A DNA stretch of 64,000 nt from Stegostoma tigrinum. Its lineage: Eukaryota. Made by a program: the position numbers and the translations under genes. Where the stretch lies: contig NC_081397.1 of NCBI RefSeq assembly GCF_030684315.1, positions 5,270,001 through 5,334,000 of the forward strand, in the 5' to 3' direction. Positions 10,856 to 24,940 of the stretch are shown one piece after another (positions within the stretch are counted from its first letter, which is position 1; each line of letters opens with the position of its first letter). The notes under the pieces are model-generated. The model was not told the origin of the DNA. It made no database searches and saw only the letters and a program-made list of their open reading frames with translations.

Positions 10856-12990
10856 GTAATGGGAAGGGGAGTTGAACTGGTTCGCGTCTGGGAGGTGCAT
10901 TTGTTTACTGCGAGCAAAGATGTTCCATAAAGCAGTCCCCAAGCCTCCGCTTGGTTTCCCCAATGTACAGAAAGCCACACTGTGTACAGCAGATGCAGTC
11001 TCCCACATTGGCGGACATCCAGGTGAACATCTGCTTGATGTGGAAAGTCATCTTGGGGCCTGGGATGGGGGTGAGGGAGGAGGTGTGGGGGCAAGTGTAG
11101 CACTTCCTGCGGTTGCAGGGCAAAGTGCCGGGTGTGGTGGGATTGGACAAGCGAGTCACGGAGAGAGTGGTCTCTCCAGAAGACAGGCAAGGGTTGGGTG
11201 GGAAAAATGTCTTTGGAAGTGGAGTCGGATTGTAGATGGCAGAAGTGTCAGAGGATGACGCGTTGTATCGGAGGTTGGTGGGGTGGTAATGAACATAGAA
11301 CAATACAGCGCAGAACAGGCCCTTCGGCCCTCAATATTGCTCCGACTTGCGAACTAATCTAAACCCCTCCCCCTACACTATCCCATCATTGTTCATATGC
11401 TTATCCAAGGACTGTTAAATGCCCCTAATGTGGCTGAGTTAACTACATTGGCAGGCATGGTGTTCTATGGCCTTACCACTCTCTGAGTAAAGAGCCTGCC
11501 TCTGACATCTGTCTTAAATCTATCACTCTTCAATTTGTAGCTATGCCCCCTGTACAAACTGAAGTCATCATCCTCGGAAAAAGACTCTCACTATCTAATC
11601 CACTGATCATCTTGTATGTCTCTATTAAATCACCTCTTAGCCTTCTTCTCTCCAATGAGAACAGACCCAAGTCCCTCAGCCGTTCTTCATAGGGCCTGCG
11701 CTCCAGACCAGGCATCATCCTGGTAAATCTCCTTTTCACCTTTTCCAATGCTTCCACATCCTTCCTGTAATGGGGCGACCAGAACTGCACGCAATATTCC
11801 AAATGAGGCCGCACGAGCATTTTGTACAATTGCATCATGACATCATGACTCCGGAACTCAATCCCTCTCCCAATAAAACCTATCACACAGTAAGCTTTCT
11901 TAACAGCAGTATCAACCTGGGTGGCAACTTTCATGGATCTGTGTATGTGGACACAAGATCCCTCTGCACATCCACACTACCAAGAATCTTTCCATTGATC
12001 CAGTATTCTACATTCCTATTATTCCTCCCAAAGTCAATCACCTCACATTTAGCCATATTAAACTCCATTTGCCAACTTTCGGCCCAATTCTGCAGTTTAT
12101 CCAAGTCTCCCTGCAACCTGCAACATTCTTCCACACTCTCCACCACTCCACCGACTTCAGAGTCATCTGCAAACTTACTAACCCATCCACCAATGACTGC
12201 ATCCAAGTCATTAATAAAAATGACAAACAGCAGTGGTCCCAAAACAGATCTTTGAGGCACACCACTAATGAGCGGGCTCAAGGCTGAATATTTTCCATCA
12301 ACCACCATTCGTTGCCTTCTTACAGAAAGCCAGAGGACTTTGGGATTCGCTTGGGGCAATTACTGTGAGGGCGTGGTGTGAGGGATGAGGTACAGAAAAT
12401 GCGGGAGACACGGTCAACAGTGTTCTCGATCGCTGCGGGGGTGGGGGGGAGGGTGGTGATGTTGCGGCCCTTGAAGAACAACGACATCTGGGATGTGCAG
12501 GAGTGGATTGCCTCATCCTGGGAGCAGATGCGGCAGAGGCAAAGGAATTGGGAATAGGGGATGGAATTTTTGCAGGAAGGTGAGTGGGACGAGGTGTATA
12601 CCTGGTAGCTGCGGGAGTCGGTGGGCTTGAAATGGACATCGGTTTATAGGTGGTTGCCTGAGATGGAGTCAGAAAGGTCCAGGAAGGTAAGGGATGTGTT
12701 GGAGATGGTCCATGTGAACTTGAGGTTGGGCTGGAAGGTGTTGGTGAAATGGATGAACTGTTTGAGCTCGTCTTGGGAGCATGAGGTAGCGCCGATACAT
12801 TCATCAATGTGACGGTAGAAGAGGTGGGGTTTGGGGCCAGTGTATGTGCGGAAGAGGGACTGTTCTACATATGCCACAAAGAGGCAGGCATAGCTTGGGC
12901 CCATTCCTCAGACGACATGTCCATCCTGGGCATTTTGCAGTGCCATAATGATGCAACCCGTAGGTTGCATGAACATCAATTCGTATTCTG
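10856..12990 (-). mobile_element. PLE (RT, GIY-YIG) split by a CR1 insertion, with a short inverted piece at 12901-12990
   Basis: GIY-YIG ORF 10905-11303 and RT ORF MGPSYACLFVAYVEQSLF..RHIDECIG (12644-12904). PLE sequence resumes at ~12332 after the CR1. Confidence 0.85.
11289..12331 (-). mobile_element. CR1 LINE 3' part (young, 5'-truncated)
   Basis: SGVPQRSVLGPLLFVIFINDL..SKFADDS, LVRPHLEYCVQFWSPHY and RRLRGDLIETYK. 3' tail tgttctatgttc at ~11291-11302. Confidence 0.92.
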
Positions 12991-12997
12991 CTGGAGG

Positions 12998-13430
12998 TAA
13001 CAGCGCATGCGTGAGGTTGGCCCTGCCCCCATTGTTGCTTTTTGATGACCAGAGGAGCGCATGCGTGAGGCCCTCTCCCTGCGCTTCCATTGAGGGGCAT
13101 TCACTTAGTGAGTGGAAGAGGTTTGTTTGAAACAGACCGCAATGGAGAGACCAGCGCCCAGGGAAGCGAGGGAGCAGCAGGCTCCTTCCGGCAGCGCATC
13201 GACATGTGAGTCTGGGACACAGATTGGGCGCTTCGCGACCGGTATTGATTCGGGCTCAGTTCAGGGAGAACCGGGGGCTGTTGGTAAGAGGCCGAACGGA
13301 GCAGGAACTGGTCCCGGAACTTGGAGAGAGAGAGCGGCCTGGGGGCGGGGAGAGAGAGGCCTTTCTCGGGCTGTGTGTGGGCCTGCTGAGGGAGACACAG
13401 CGGCAAGAAGCTGCTGGGGGTCAGTCTTGT
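12998..13430 (+). promoter_or_regulatory. GC-rich promoter/exon-1 module, copy B
   Basis: Two GCGCATGCGTG sites, ATG at 13142 and donor AT|GTGAGT after 13205. Reverse complement of 6311-6742. Confidence 0.65.
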
Positions 13431-13999
13431 GGTTTTCAAATTCCCAACCACTGATGGAAATTCCTTGTTTGGCTTCTGTTTCATGCTGTTTGTTGACATT
13501 GTGCAGTCAAAGTCGAAACACAGACAAGACTGTGGAAATATAAGAACCCTGTAAAGGACATGGATTAGAGTCAATATATTCTACAGTTAGTGCATTGGGA
13601 TTTGGTAACATGAACTGCGCAGACATTGCAGTGGCTCTGGGTATCACCTTATGTGGAGCTGTACAATTATCGTTCCATTTCTAGATTTTACTCAATTGCT
13701 ATTGAAACAGATATATATTTTTTTAAAAAATCCTCAGACAAGGCGCAGCTGAAAGCTAAAATGGAATCAGACCTGCATTTGAAATGATGACTTTAAAGAA
13801 AAGGCAGATGTCTCATGACACTGTCATCATCTCTCAGGTTCTTTTGAAATGACAGACTTTTGGAGCACTGTTGTTCAGAAGAAGTTAAAGAACAGAAACA
13901 TCCTAATAATTATAAACTGAGTATTACAGTAATCTTTTTGACATGGTAAAACTTAATTGATGTTGATTTACAGGAGTAAACTCTGCTGTCTTCCCCCAG

Positions 14000-14081
14000 G
14001 AAAACACTTGCAGGAACAAGACAATGTTATGTGTGCTTGGTACGAAGCCAAGGGTGACCAGCTGCTTTGAACAACCAACAG
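14000..14081 (+). other. Exon-2-like segment, copy B (82 nt)
   Basis: ctctgctgtcttcccccag|GAAAACAC...CAACAG|GTATGT. Confidence 0.6.
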
Positions 14082-14914
14082 GTATGTTACCATCTCCAAG
14101 CAGAGAACACGCTTTCCACTGGCACAGAGCAAATTGAGTCAGAGATACATTCAACTCAATTTCTGGTGACATGCATGCAAGCCAACAGTCAAACACAACC
14201 AACAAAATAAAAATAGTTTCCCCCCCCACTCTGTTTTCTCAAAACACCACCCTGTTTCAAAAAAGATCATTTGTAGCCTACTGGCATTTACGGCATTTTT
14301 GAAAGGGAACAGACTGAATTTTCATCTGAAACAGACACAAAAGAACGGCAGTAAATCTACATTTAGTACGCATGTTTTCAAATTTACTGTCAAGGTGAAG
14401 AAATAGTTCATGCTGTTACATAGTTACACCAACCAAACATATAGCAGATAATGAGGACAGATATGGAAGAAAACATTCAAGTTATCATGAGTAACTGAGC
14501 AGGACAGCATTCATCTTTTGTCAAATAGATGTCCCAGGCACAGCCAGAACAGTTAATTAATGTGCCTTCCAAATGCACATCCTGTCCCAAAGCCTGACGT
14601 AGAATGCCAGCAGAGTGTACGCACACACTTTCTGGCACACACGCACTCCACGGAGTTGTAAATATATCCACTATTTCCATCACAAATGTCACACCATCTA
14701 ACAGCCATGAAGATCATGTATATTGCAAACCTCACAGTGTAACAATGAAGATGATTTCCACTCACGGATTTCAGGTCAGAGAGCTAGCCTTTCATGATAA
14801 GCAACAAATAGAAAAGAATGTGAGCTAAATACTTCAATCCTCGTGTGGACATGCACTCCCATGTTCATAATGTGAATATCATTCATTCACAGTATTTGGG
14901 AAAAAAAGGACAAA

Positions 14915-15710
14915 TTTTGTGGCGTTCAGTTCAGGCAAATGCGAGGTGATGCACTTTGAAAGATCCACTTCAAGAGCGAACTATGTGGTAAATGGAAAAG
15001 CCCTGGCAAAAATTGATGCTCAGAGAGATCTGGGTGTTCAGGTCCATTGTACCCTGAAGGTGGCAACGCAGGTCGATAGAGTGGTCAAGAAGACATACTG
15101 CATTCTTTCCTTCATCAGATGGGTCATTTAGTGCAAGAGTTGGCAGGTCATGTTACAGTTGTATAGGGCTTTGGTTTGAACACATTTGGAATATTGTTTT
15201 CGGTTCAGGTCACCACATTACCAAAAGGATGTTGATGCTTTGGAGAAGGTGCAGAGGAGGTTCACCAGGATGTTGCCTGGTATGGAGGGTGCTAGCTATG
15301 AAGAGAGTTTGAGTTGATTAGGATTATTTACATTGGAAAGATGGAGGTTGAGGGGGGACTTGATTGAGGCCTACACAGTCATGAGATGAATTGACGGGGT
15401 GGATACCAAGAAGCTTTTTCCAAGAGTGTGGAACTCTATGACTACGTGTCATGATTTCAAGGTGAGGGGCAAAAGTTTAAGGATGATATGCATGGAAAAT
15501 TCTTTACACAGAAGGCTTTGGGTGCCTGGAATGCGTTGCCAGCGGAGGTGGTAGAGGCGTGCATTATAGTGTCCCTTAGTATGTATGTAGACAGATAGGT
15601 GACTGGACAGGGAGCAGAGGGATACAGATCCTTGGAAAATAGGTGACAGGTTTAGATAGGGGATATGGATCAGCACAGGCTTGGAGGGCCAAAGAGCCTG
15701 TTCCTCTGCT
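14915..15710 (+). mobile_element. CR1 LINE 3' fragment
   Basis: KCEVMHF..QRDLGVQVHCTLKVATQVDRVVKK motif and a typical CR1 3' UTR. Confidence 0.88.
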
Positions 15711-16199
15711 GAAATTTTTCTTTTTTGTTCTTTGACACACTGAATTCGTAAGAAGTAGTCCAAGAAATATATCGAACAAGAGATTAACTTCACCTCTCTA
15801 TGTGTCACCATCTCATCGACTGAGAGAGATAATTAAAGTATCATTTTCTTTTGTACAAACTGGAGAAATTGCATATCAGGATAACTTTCAGATTGAAATT
15901 GAAATTGATATTGTCATTGCATTTGTTTGCATAAAACTACAAACTGAATAGTGAAAACCATCTGATACACTTCTACTGAATATAAACTTTGCTATTAATA
16001 GACCAGAAGGAAATCAAGTAGTGACCTGAAACGATACAGAGAATAACCTACATTCAAGCAGACAACCTAGATTTTTGAATGTACAAGTAAGAATGTCTCA
16101 TACAGTGAGCTTGCAACAACAAATGAACATTAAACTCTCTATGTATCCAGACCAGAGACAGAGCAAGCCGAAATAAAAGACAGAAACCCTACCCTAGAA

Positions 16200-16730
16200 A
16201 TTATACAGGGAGAGAATGATAAATGCATTCACAAACCAGATAGCGTCAGGCATTGCCTAAAAACTCATCTCTCAGATTTCCAGGACAGGATCTGACGGGG
16301 CCAAATGGGTAAAAACACTTGCACAGCCAGAGAGAAGAAACTGACAGGCACGTATTGCTAACGGCGCACTCATATTCACATATCAGAAAAGGACAGGGAC
16401 AGAAAGATAATTACACACACATTCAGACTGCAAAAACTGACAGGTACAGGCTGATAAATACATGCACACATGACAGGACAGCAAAAGCATAAGCAGATGT
16501 AGATTGATAACTACATTTGCATATTCACAGACAAATTTGACAGGGACATATTTGTAACACTTTCACATTCACAAAAGAGGAATTGATGGATATAGATTGA
16601 TAACTAAACTCACATATTTCACAGCAGAAACTGAGAGGGACAGTTTGATGATTACGCTCATATCTTCACATGACAGCTAACAACAAGTACGAGTCGATGA
16701 TTACCACTCACACACATATATTCATAGATA
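16200..16730 (+). repeat. Degenerate ~48-bp minisatellite block
   Basis: Repeated agaaactgacagg.acagattgataact.cactcacatattcac. Confidence 0.7.
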
Positions 16731-19099
16731 TCTGCAGCACAGCAAAGAGTCCTTTCTCTCACTGAATCTACACTGTTTAGAAACAAACAGCCGACAATTC
16801 GACATCAATTCAGCCAGGATTCAAATTCCATAAATGTGTCATGTTGGCAGAGGAAGTATCATCCTCACGTTTATCAGTTGTCAATTTCTTCACCAAGCAT
16901 GATCACTTTTTTTTATTCTATATTAAGCAAGAGGACTTTATAATCAGAGACCTTTTGTTTTCAAATTAGCTTAAAATTTGTTCAAATAGCTCTGTGTTCC
17001 TCTTGACAATCCACCTGAATTTTTACATAAAACACAAGAAAGCTTCATGCCATTTTTTTCAAACAAGCAATATCACAATATAACCGTCCTCACTTATATT
17101 TTGCAAAGATTGTTCAACAGTGTTTATTCTTCAGTAAATTCAATTTGACAGTTCCAGTTGTGCCCAGTGAATGACAGAAAACAAAAGGTCAACACCGAGC
17201 ACGTTAATGTCCGCGCCGTAAAACGAATTCGAAGTAAGAAAGCTAATTTTCTTTCCTGCACAAGCAACATTGTGGTCAGTCAGCCGCAATGCAGTTGATT
17301 TGTTCATTGCACTTCCTCTTTGGCCATAACATACTAAATTGACATCTTTACTTTAGCAGCATTCCAAGACTGGTGTCATGATGCAATGTTGAATAATATT
17401 AATCTCATCCTGAAAATTTCCTTTGATATCACCACAGCGGTTAGACTCTGCAATGTATCCTTGGCGAAGGTCCATTGCTTGTCTGTCCTCAACTCTGAAG
17501 AAAAGCACAGACTCATTTCAGTTGCAATGCCTTGCATTTTCACTTTGCTTATAAATGCTGGAGGCACAAACAACTGAAGAACATGGGCTGTTTCACATTT
17601 GCGAAAGAAGAGATGAACCAAAAACTCTGTCCTCTGCCATGGTGGTAATTGGCTCTCCACTTTACAAGAAATACTTAATCTGCTCAGTAACGCAATACAG
17701 GAAGATAGAAATAGGATCAATTGAGTGTATCTGTCTGTCTTGTTTCATAACAGCAGCTGTTGTGCCAATACACAGTAGGTACAGAATAACCTACAAAGTG
17801 TGGAGATGCTGCCAGGTTAGTAGATACCCAGGCAAAAACAAAAGAAAATGCCATTTCTCTTAAATATCACATGGGTGGAAAAGCTCCCGTTTCATTACGC
17901 ATTAATAGGACAGGGTAAGAGCGAAGTTCTTCAATCCCAGTATGTGAATACTTTCCTTGAGGATTAAGTATGAGGTATCAGCTTGGCATAAAGTAAATTC
18001 GTCATGTTCACGACATCAGAAAATACTGAATCGATTGCATGATCGATGATGAATTCTACTGAAACAGCTCAAGAAGTAAATTGAAATCCAGATTAAATAT
18101 GCCTCCAAATATCACACCATGTCTTAGATTTGGACACGTAACTCGTGCATCAACTTCCTTTGTTGAAACTGAAGGAAATATATAGTAGGCCAAGTTTAAA
18201 ATGAAATAAACATTACAATTTAGTTTGCTTCCAAAGAGGTACAAATTAAAAAGCAGCTCTCATCTCGTGCAGAAGTACTGCAGAAAGATGTTGTTAAATG
18301 GACCAAAGAAGAAAGCAAATGGGGTCGTGAACAGATACAGATAGCTGGAGTTTATTGGAAATAGATTGAAGAAACGCTGATCTCATGATCTTGTTACAGG
18401 AGGAATAAATACACATGCAGTTTTTGAGTGACTGACCAATCCAGAACAAAACTTACTATCGTAAACCGGACAGTAACCAAACTGTATCTACAGAGTCAGA
18501 GACTGACAAAGGTATTAAAACAGTTTAATTTACACAATCTGATTATATGGCATTGGGTAAAATCTCATTCATGTTGAGCAGCAGAGATTTGAACAATAGA
18601 AGAATGTCAGCAGTTCCTACAAGTAACACGTTCAATGCAACATTACCCACTCGTTACCCATGTGAAATATGATGACAACGCATGAGGAATACATTGACAC
18701 ACAATGCCAGAGACTGAATCGATTCCATGCTGACTGTCAGCCCGATGCTGATGAAAACCAACAGTAACCACTCTTATAATCTCAGTGGGAGACTGACTAT
18801 TTCAGAAGAATGCCCATACTCTCTTTATGATTAATGTATTATAAATTAGTGTTATAATGATATAATAGTTTATAATACACCTCATAAAGGGAATCAAATC
18901 ATACATGCAGAGCTAGAAACACAAGCAGACGTTTGGAAGAGGACAGTGTCACTTAGCCCAATACCCATCTTTAATTCAGATTGGCACCTCATTAGAAATC
19001 TCCCTCTCATACAACAAACAGATGCTGAAAGGAAAGGAATGAAATTTATACCTCTGGTCAGCATGGACTGTTGGACCAAAGGTCTGTTTCCCAGATGTA

Positions 19100-19630
19100 C
19101 TTTGACAATATTGCTGCACTCTCATATTCACAAAGCAGAAACCGATCAGAAGAAACTCACAGTACCACTCCCAAGCCGCATGTGGCATAACAAGGCATTT
19201 ATATTCACAGAGTAGAATCTGATAGGGGGAAATAACAATTTTATTTCCATATTCAAATGACAGAAACTGATTGGAAAATGTTTACAACTGCACTTCAACA
19301 TTCACACTGCAGGTAATGACAGGGACAGATTGATGACAATGTCCGTATATGCACATGGCCAAGAATGTTAGGTAAAAATAGATAACTGTATTCTCATATT
19401 CATGGAGAGGAAAGCATGACAAATTCATAACTACATTTATATATTCACATCACAAAAACTGATAGTTGCAGATGAATAACTACATTCTCAGGTTCCCAGA
19501 GCAGACGTGGACAGATACAGATGGAAATTTGCACTCAAATATTCACGGTGCATGTTCACACGTCATTATCAACAGATTAATTACAAAACTCACATCTGTA
19601 CAACAGAAATAGACACTGATTGCTGTGTGA
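19100..19630 (+). repeat. Degenerate ~48-bp minisatellite block
   Basis: Same unit as 16200-16730. Confidence 0.65.
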
Positions 19631-19729
19631 AGGTGCAATTGTATTTTTCAATCAGTCCCTGTCAGTTTTCACAATGTGGATGTGTTATTTCAGTTATCAA
19701 TCAATACCTGTCAGTGAATGCCACGTTAA

Positions 19730-20900
19730 TGTGTGAGGATAGTGTAATGCACGTTAACTACATGGATTTTAGTAAGACATTTGATAAAGTACCATGCAGC
19801 AGATGAATCAGAAATGGAAAGGCTTTTGGGATACACAGCAATGTGCTAAATTGGAAGCAAAGTTTGCTTAGAACAGGAATCAAATGGTCAATGGCTGCCC
19901 TTGTAAACCGAAAGCTGTTTCAAGTGGTGTTTCTCATAGCTCAGTGTTGGGACTTCTGCTGTTTGTTTTATATGATAACAACTTGGACTTGAACATGGGG
20001 ATACAATTGGGAAATTTTCAGCCAGCACAAAAATTTAACAGTGTACTGGTAGTGCAGGGGATAACTGTCAGCTCAAAAATGATACTGAAGTTTTGGTGGA
20101 AGGGGCAGATGAGTGGCATATGGAGTTCAACTCTGATAAATGTGAGGTAATGCATTTCAGGAGGTGCAAGGACACAAAATAGGAATACATGAGGTGGTGT
20201 GGAAATTGTACGTAAAGTGAGTGGTTTTGGTGTGCAAGTGTAATGGAGTATGAAAATAGCAGTATAGGTGGATAAGATTGTGAAACTAGGTATATAGAAT
20301 GCTGTCCTTTTTTGGCAGAGGTATACAACACAAAAGTCGGGCTATAATGATGAAAGTATTTAAGACACTGGTGAGGCTGAAATTGATGTATTGTGCGGCG
20401 CGATGGTCACCACATTACAGGAAAACGTTATTGCTCTGGGTATATTGCAGAGAAGATTTACTGGAATGTTGCCAGGGCTGGAGAGTTATAGCTATGAGGA
20501 GTGATTGTCGAGGTTGGAGCTGTATTATTTTGAACTCTGAAAGCTGGGAGTGAGGCAATTGGGATGGGCAGAGATAGAGTCGACAGGGGGAATCTGTTTC
20601 CCTTGGCATAGAGTTTAAAAACCATTGGGTGTAGATTAAGTGAAGTGGCAGGACAATGAGAGATGATGGGAGGAAAACCATTTTTATGAGAGGGTGCTTA
20701 TCTCAAATACGCTGCCTGAGTTGCTGATAGCAGAGATTCTCAACTCTTGGAAGAACACACCTGGACCTCCACATTAAGTCTGCAAGCTGCACGGCTATGG
20801 GATGTTTGCAACAAGATCGGATTTTATGATGGCCATTTTGGGGTGTTTGGGTCAGCATGGATATAATGAGCCAAATGGCCACCTTCTGTGCTGTATAATT
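19730..20900 (+). mobile_element. Old CR1 LINE fragment
   Basis: YMDFSKTFDKVP, SGVSHSSVLGLLLF and WSPHYRK remnants. Confidence 0.85.
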
Positions 20901-21333
20901 TAAATTGGTCAATAGTTCCTGATCATTCTGTCCCTGTCAGCCTCTGCTGTGTAATACATGAATAATTACCAAAGACCTAGAGGGACACATTGATAACTAC
21001 ACTCACACGTTCACCAAGTAGCAACTGACATGAATAGATCAATAACTAAACTCGCATCCACTGACAAGCTTCCACTGGGTGGTTCCAGTCATGGAGCTGT
21101 ACAGGTATCGTTTACTTTCAGGAGCTCATTCAAATGGTGTTGAAATTTTTAGAAATGATCAGACGTGGAGCAGCTCAGGGCAAGATTGGATCAAGACCCA
21201 TAGTTATGTTAGAATTCCTAGTAATATTAATATATCCAAATGATTATTAACTAAATGTTGTGTTGATCAGTTAAACATTGTCAAACTCAATTGATGTTGC
21301 TTTACACGAACTATCTCTTCTGTCTTCCCACAG

Positions 21334-21416
21334 AAAAAAACACTTGAATGACCAAGACAAAGTAAGATTTCTTCAGTGCAGAGGAAGTGTGACCAGATCC
21401 TTCTGATAAACAGCAG
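21334..21416 (+). other. Exon-2-like segment, copy D (83 nt), within a 21080-21690 paralogous block lacking exon 1
   Basis: ctcttctgtcttcccacag|AAAAAAACAC...CAGCAG|GTATGT. Flanks match the copy B introns. Confidence 0.55.
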
Positions 21417-22554
21417 GTATGTTCCCACTGTCAGAGCAGAGAACATCCTTTCCGCAGTCACAGAGCAGATTGAGTCGGACACACAGTGAGCTTAATTTCC
21501 AACAGATATGTACAAATTTTTCCAACAGGAGAACAAGGTTGGAGAAATTAAACTTTATTTTTCTTATCTCTCCATTCCACATACACAGTTCCAACAAACT
21601 TCAGCATTCATTTCCCATTGACTTTTACACCATTTTTGAAAATGGATAGACTGAAATTATACACTCAGTATCTGAATGAAATCTACGTAAACTTACTCTA
21701 CTAGCAATTATCACATAATGAATCACACCTCCACTAAGAATATTACTGGCTGCTGACAATTAAGCCACTTTTACAAGTAGAAAATGACCAGTATGGATTG
21801 ATGCCTAACCTCACTCATTTGTATTGCAAATGCATACAAAAGAAAAAGGATGACGAGACTCACATATTGACATTGCAGAAACCGACAGCTAAAGATTAAT
21901 AAAGATATTCACACATTCACATCATAGAAACTGGGATACACAGGTTAGTAAACAACACTCACATTCACATAGCAAACTGACAGCAACTGAACGATAACTA
22001 CTTTCACATATCCACACAGCAGAAACTGGCAGCTACATATTGATGACAACTCCCAATTTCACAGACCATAAAGTGACAGGTACAGTTTTATAACTGCATA
22101 CCCACAGATTTAAAAAATACCGACGGGTACAGTTTGATAACTATACTCAAATATTCACAAAGTAGATTCCCACAGGTACATGTTGATAACTTTACTTGCA
22201 AATTATGAGGGACTGATAGGTACAGGTTGCTGTACATGCATATATCCATACAGAAGAAATTGATAGGAACTGATTGACGATCACTTTAGAGATAGCAAGA
22301 GCTGCAGATTCTGGAGTCAGCCTTCCCAGTTTCACAAAGCATTAGCTGACAGGTACAGTTTGGTAACTACTCTCATATTCACAGAGTAGAAGCTGACAGG
22401 CCGTTATTGATAACTGCACTCACATGGTCACCAAGCAGAAACTCAGAGATTGATAACAGTGACATTCAAATTGCAGAAACTGGCGGCTACACAATGATAA
22501 CTGCTGTCACACTTGCATTGCATGAACCGTTGGGGTCAGATTAATAACTATGCT

Positions 22555-23320
22555 GTTGTTGAATTGCTCGACAAGCTTGTTGCTTGTTTAGAGACATTTT
22601 GTCACCATCTACATAATACCTTCAGTGCACCTCTGGTGATGTGTTGCTGTTGTGTCCTGCTGGCTGTTTATGTGCTGCAGTTTGCTCGGGTGGCTGACAT
22701 CACTTCTGGATTTGTTTCTCAGTGGTTGGTGTATGGGATCCTGCTCTACGCATTTGTTAATGGCATTCCAGTTTGAATGTCAGGCCTCCAGGAATTCTCG
22801 TGCATGTCTTTGGTTGGCTTGTCCTCAGATGACTAAGTTGTCCCAGTCTAATTGGTGTCCCTCTTTGTCCATGCGTATTGAGATGAGTGATAGTTGGCCA
22901 TGTCTCTTGGTGGCTAGTTTGTGTTTACGAATCATGATGGCTAGTTTCCTACCAGTTTGGCCTTTGTACTGCTTTTGGCATCTGTGCACGATATCGTGCA
23001 AATAACGTTGGTTCTGTCAGTTGTGGTTGTTGGTTCGGGGCAATATGGTGCTCATTTCTGATATGTTTTTCATGTTTGGTCAGGTGACTAGTGTCCCTGG
23101 ACGTGCTGTGTAATCCATTTGTCGTCTGTTGTGCAGGTGTCGAAGGACAATGCTTTTCAGGTAACCTTCCTTTCTATAGTCACTGTATCGTGTTCTTCCT
23201 CAGCTTTATGCAGCTCTGGATGCTGCAGTGTGTTGTGGCTCACTTGAACAGTGTTTTGGTGCAGCTCCATGAGTAGATATTGGGATGATTGCTATTGTAG
23301 TTGAGTATCTGATCAGAATG
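22555..23320 (-). mobile_element. PLE fragment of a second family (GIY-YIG region)
   Basis: Minus strand translates to about KQYKGQTGRKLAIMIRKHKLATKRHGQLSL, a GIY-YIG YIGQTGR-type motif. Confidence 0.7.
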
Positions 23321-23844
23321 TATTAAAACATGTAATAACTACACTCTCAGGCTCTCCTAATTGAAATTGATGGAGAGCGATTGATAACTAAACATTCACA
23401 TAGCAAAACAGTGTCATGGACAGACTGATAATTTCAGACACATATTCACTGAGTAGAAACTGACTGACAGAGAATGACATCTATACTCAGGTACCCGGAT
23501 AGCAGAAACTGACAGGAACAGGTTGATGATAACACGGACATGTACATGATACCTACATCCCTCATTCCACTTGCATTAACTGAGTGGTACAGATTGATCC
23601 CTGCACTCTCACATTCACACAACAGAAAGTGGCAGAGACAGATATATAACTGCATTCATTCACACGGCACAAACTGTGAGGACGAGGTTGTCAACTACGC
23701 TCTCACATTTACAGAGCAGAAACTGACAGGTACAAAGTAAATCTGCACTCATACATCCACAAATCAGAAACTGAAAGGCCCACATAGATACCCACGCTCA
23801 GTGTTTCACACAGCATAAACGGACAATATAAAAACCGAAAGAAC

Positions 23845-24940
23845 TGCGGATGTTCCCCCCGCAGCGGTCGGCAATGCCCTCAGCCGTGTCTTCCACATTT
23901 CCCGTGCCTCATCCCTCACACCCTGACCCCGCAATAACCGCCAAAACAGAACCCCCTTGGTCCTCACATCCCACCCTACCAAGCTCTGGATACAATGTAT
24001 CATCCTCCGACACTTGTGCCATCTACAATTCAACCCGACCACCGAAGACATTTTTACTACCCGACCCTTGCCTGCTTTCAGATGAGACCACTCTCTCCAC
24101 AACTCCCTTGTCCGCTCCACACTGCCCTCCAACCCCAGCACACCTGGCACCTTCCCCTGCAACCGGAGGAAGTGCTACACTTGCCCTCACACCTCCTCCC
24201 TAACCCCAATCCTAGGCTCCAAGAAGACTTTCCACATCAAGCAGATGTTCCCCTGCACATCCGCCAATGTGGTATACTGCATCCGCTGTACGCAGTGTGG
24301 TTTTCTCTACATTGGCGAAACCAAGCGGAGCCTTTGGGACTGCTTTGAAGAACACCTCCGCTTGGTTCGCCATAAACAACTGCACCTCCCAGTCGCGAAC
24401 CATTTCAACTCTCCCTCCCATTCCTCAGACAACATGTCCATCCTGGGCATCCTGCAGTGTCATAATGATCCCACCCGTAGGTTGCAGGAACAGCAACTCA
24501 TATTCCGCTTGGGAACCCTGCAGCCTCAAGGTATCGATGTGGATTTCACCAGCTTCAAAATCTCCCTTCCCCCCGCTGCATCCCAAACCAGCCCAGCTCT
24601 TCCCCACCTGCCGAACCTGTTCTTCCCCTCACCTCTCCCGTCTTCCCACGTCAAGCCGCACCTCCATTTGCTACCTCCTAACCTCAGCCTGCCCCCTTGA
24701 CCGGTCCATCCTCCCCAGACTGACCTATCCCCTCCCTACCTCCCCACCCATACTCTCCTCTCCACCTATCTTCTCCTCTGTCCATCTTCAGTCCACCTCC
24801 CTCTCTCTCCCTATTTATTTCAAAATCCTCTCCCCCTCCCCCTTTTTATGATGAAGGGTCTTGGCCGAAAACGTCAGCTATTATGCTCCTAAGATGCTGT
24901 TTGTCCTGCTGTGTTCATCCACCCCCATGCCTTGTTATCT
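23845..24940 (+). mobile_element. PLE 3' part (GIY-YIG plus terminal repeat)
   Basis: ORF 24245-24700 CTQCGFLYIGETKRSL..EEH..EQQLIFRLGTLQPQGIDVDF. Degenerate hammerhead at ~24849. Confidence 0.9.
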
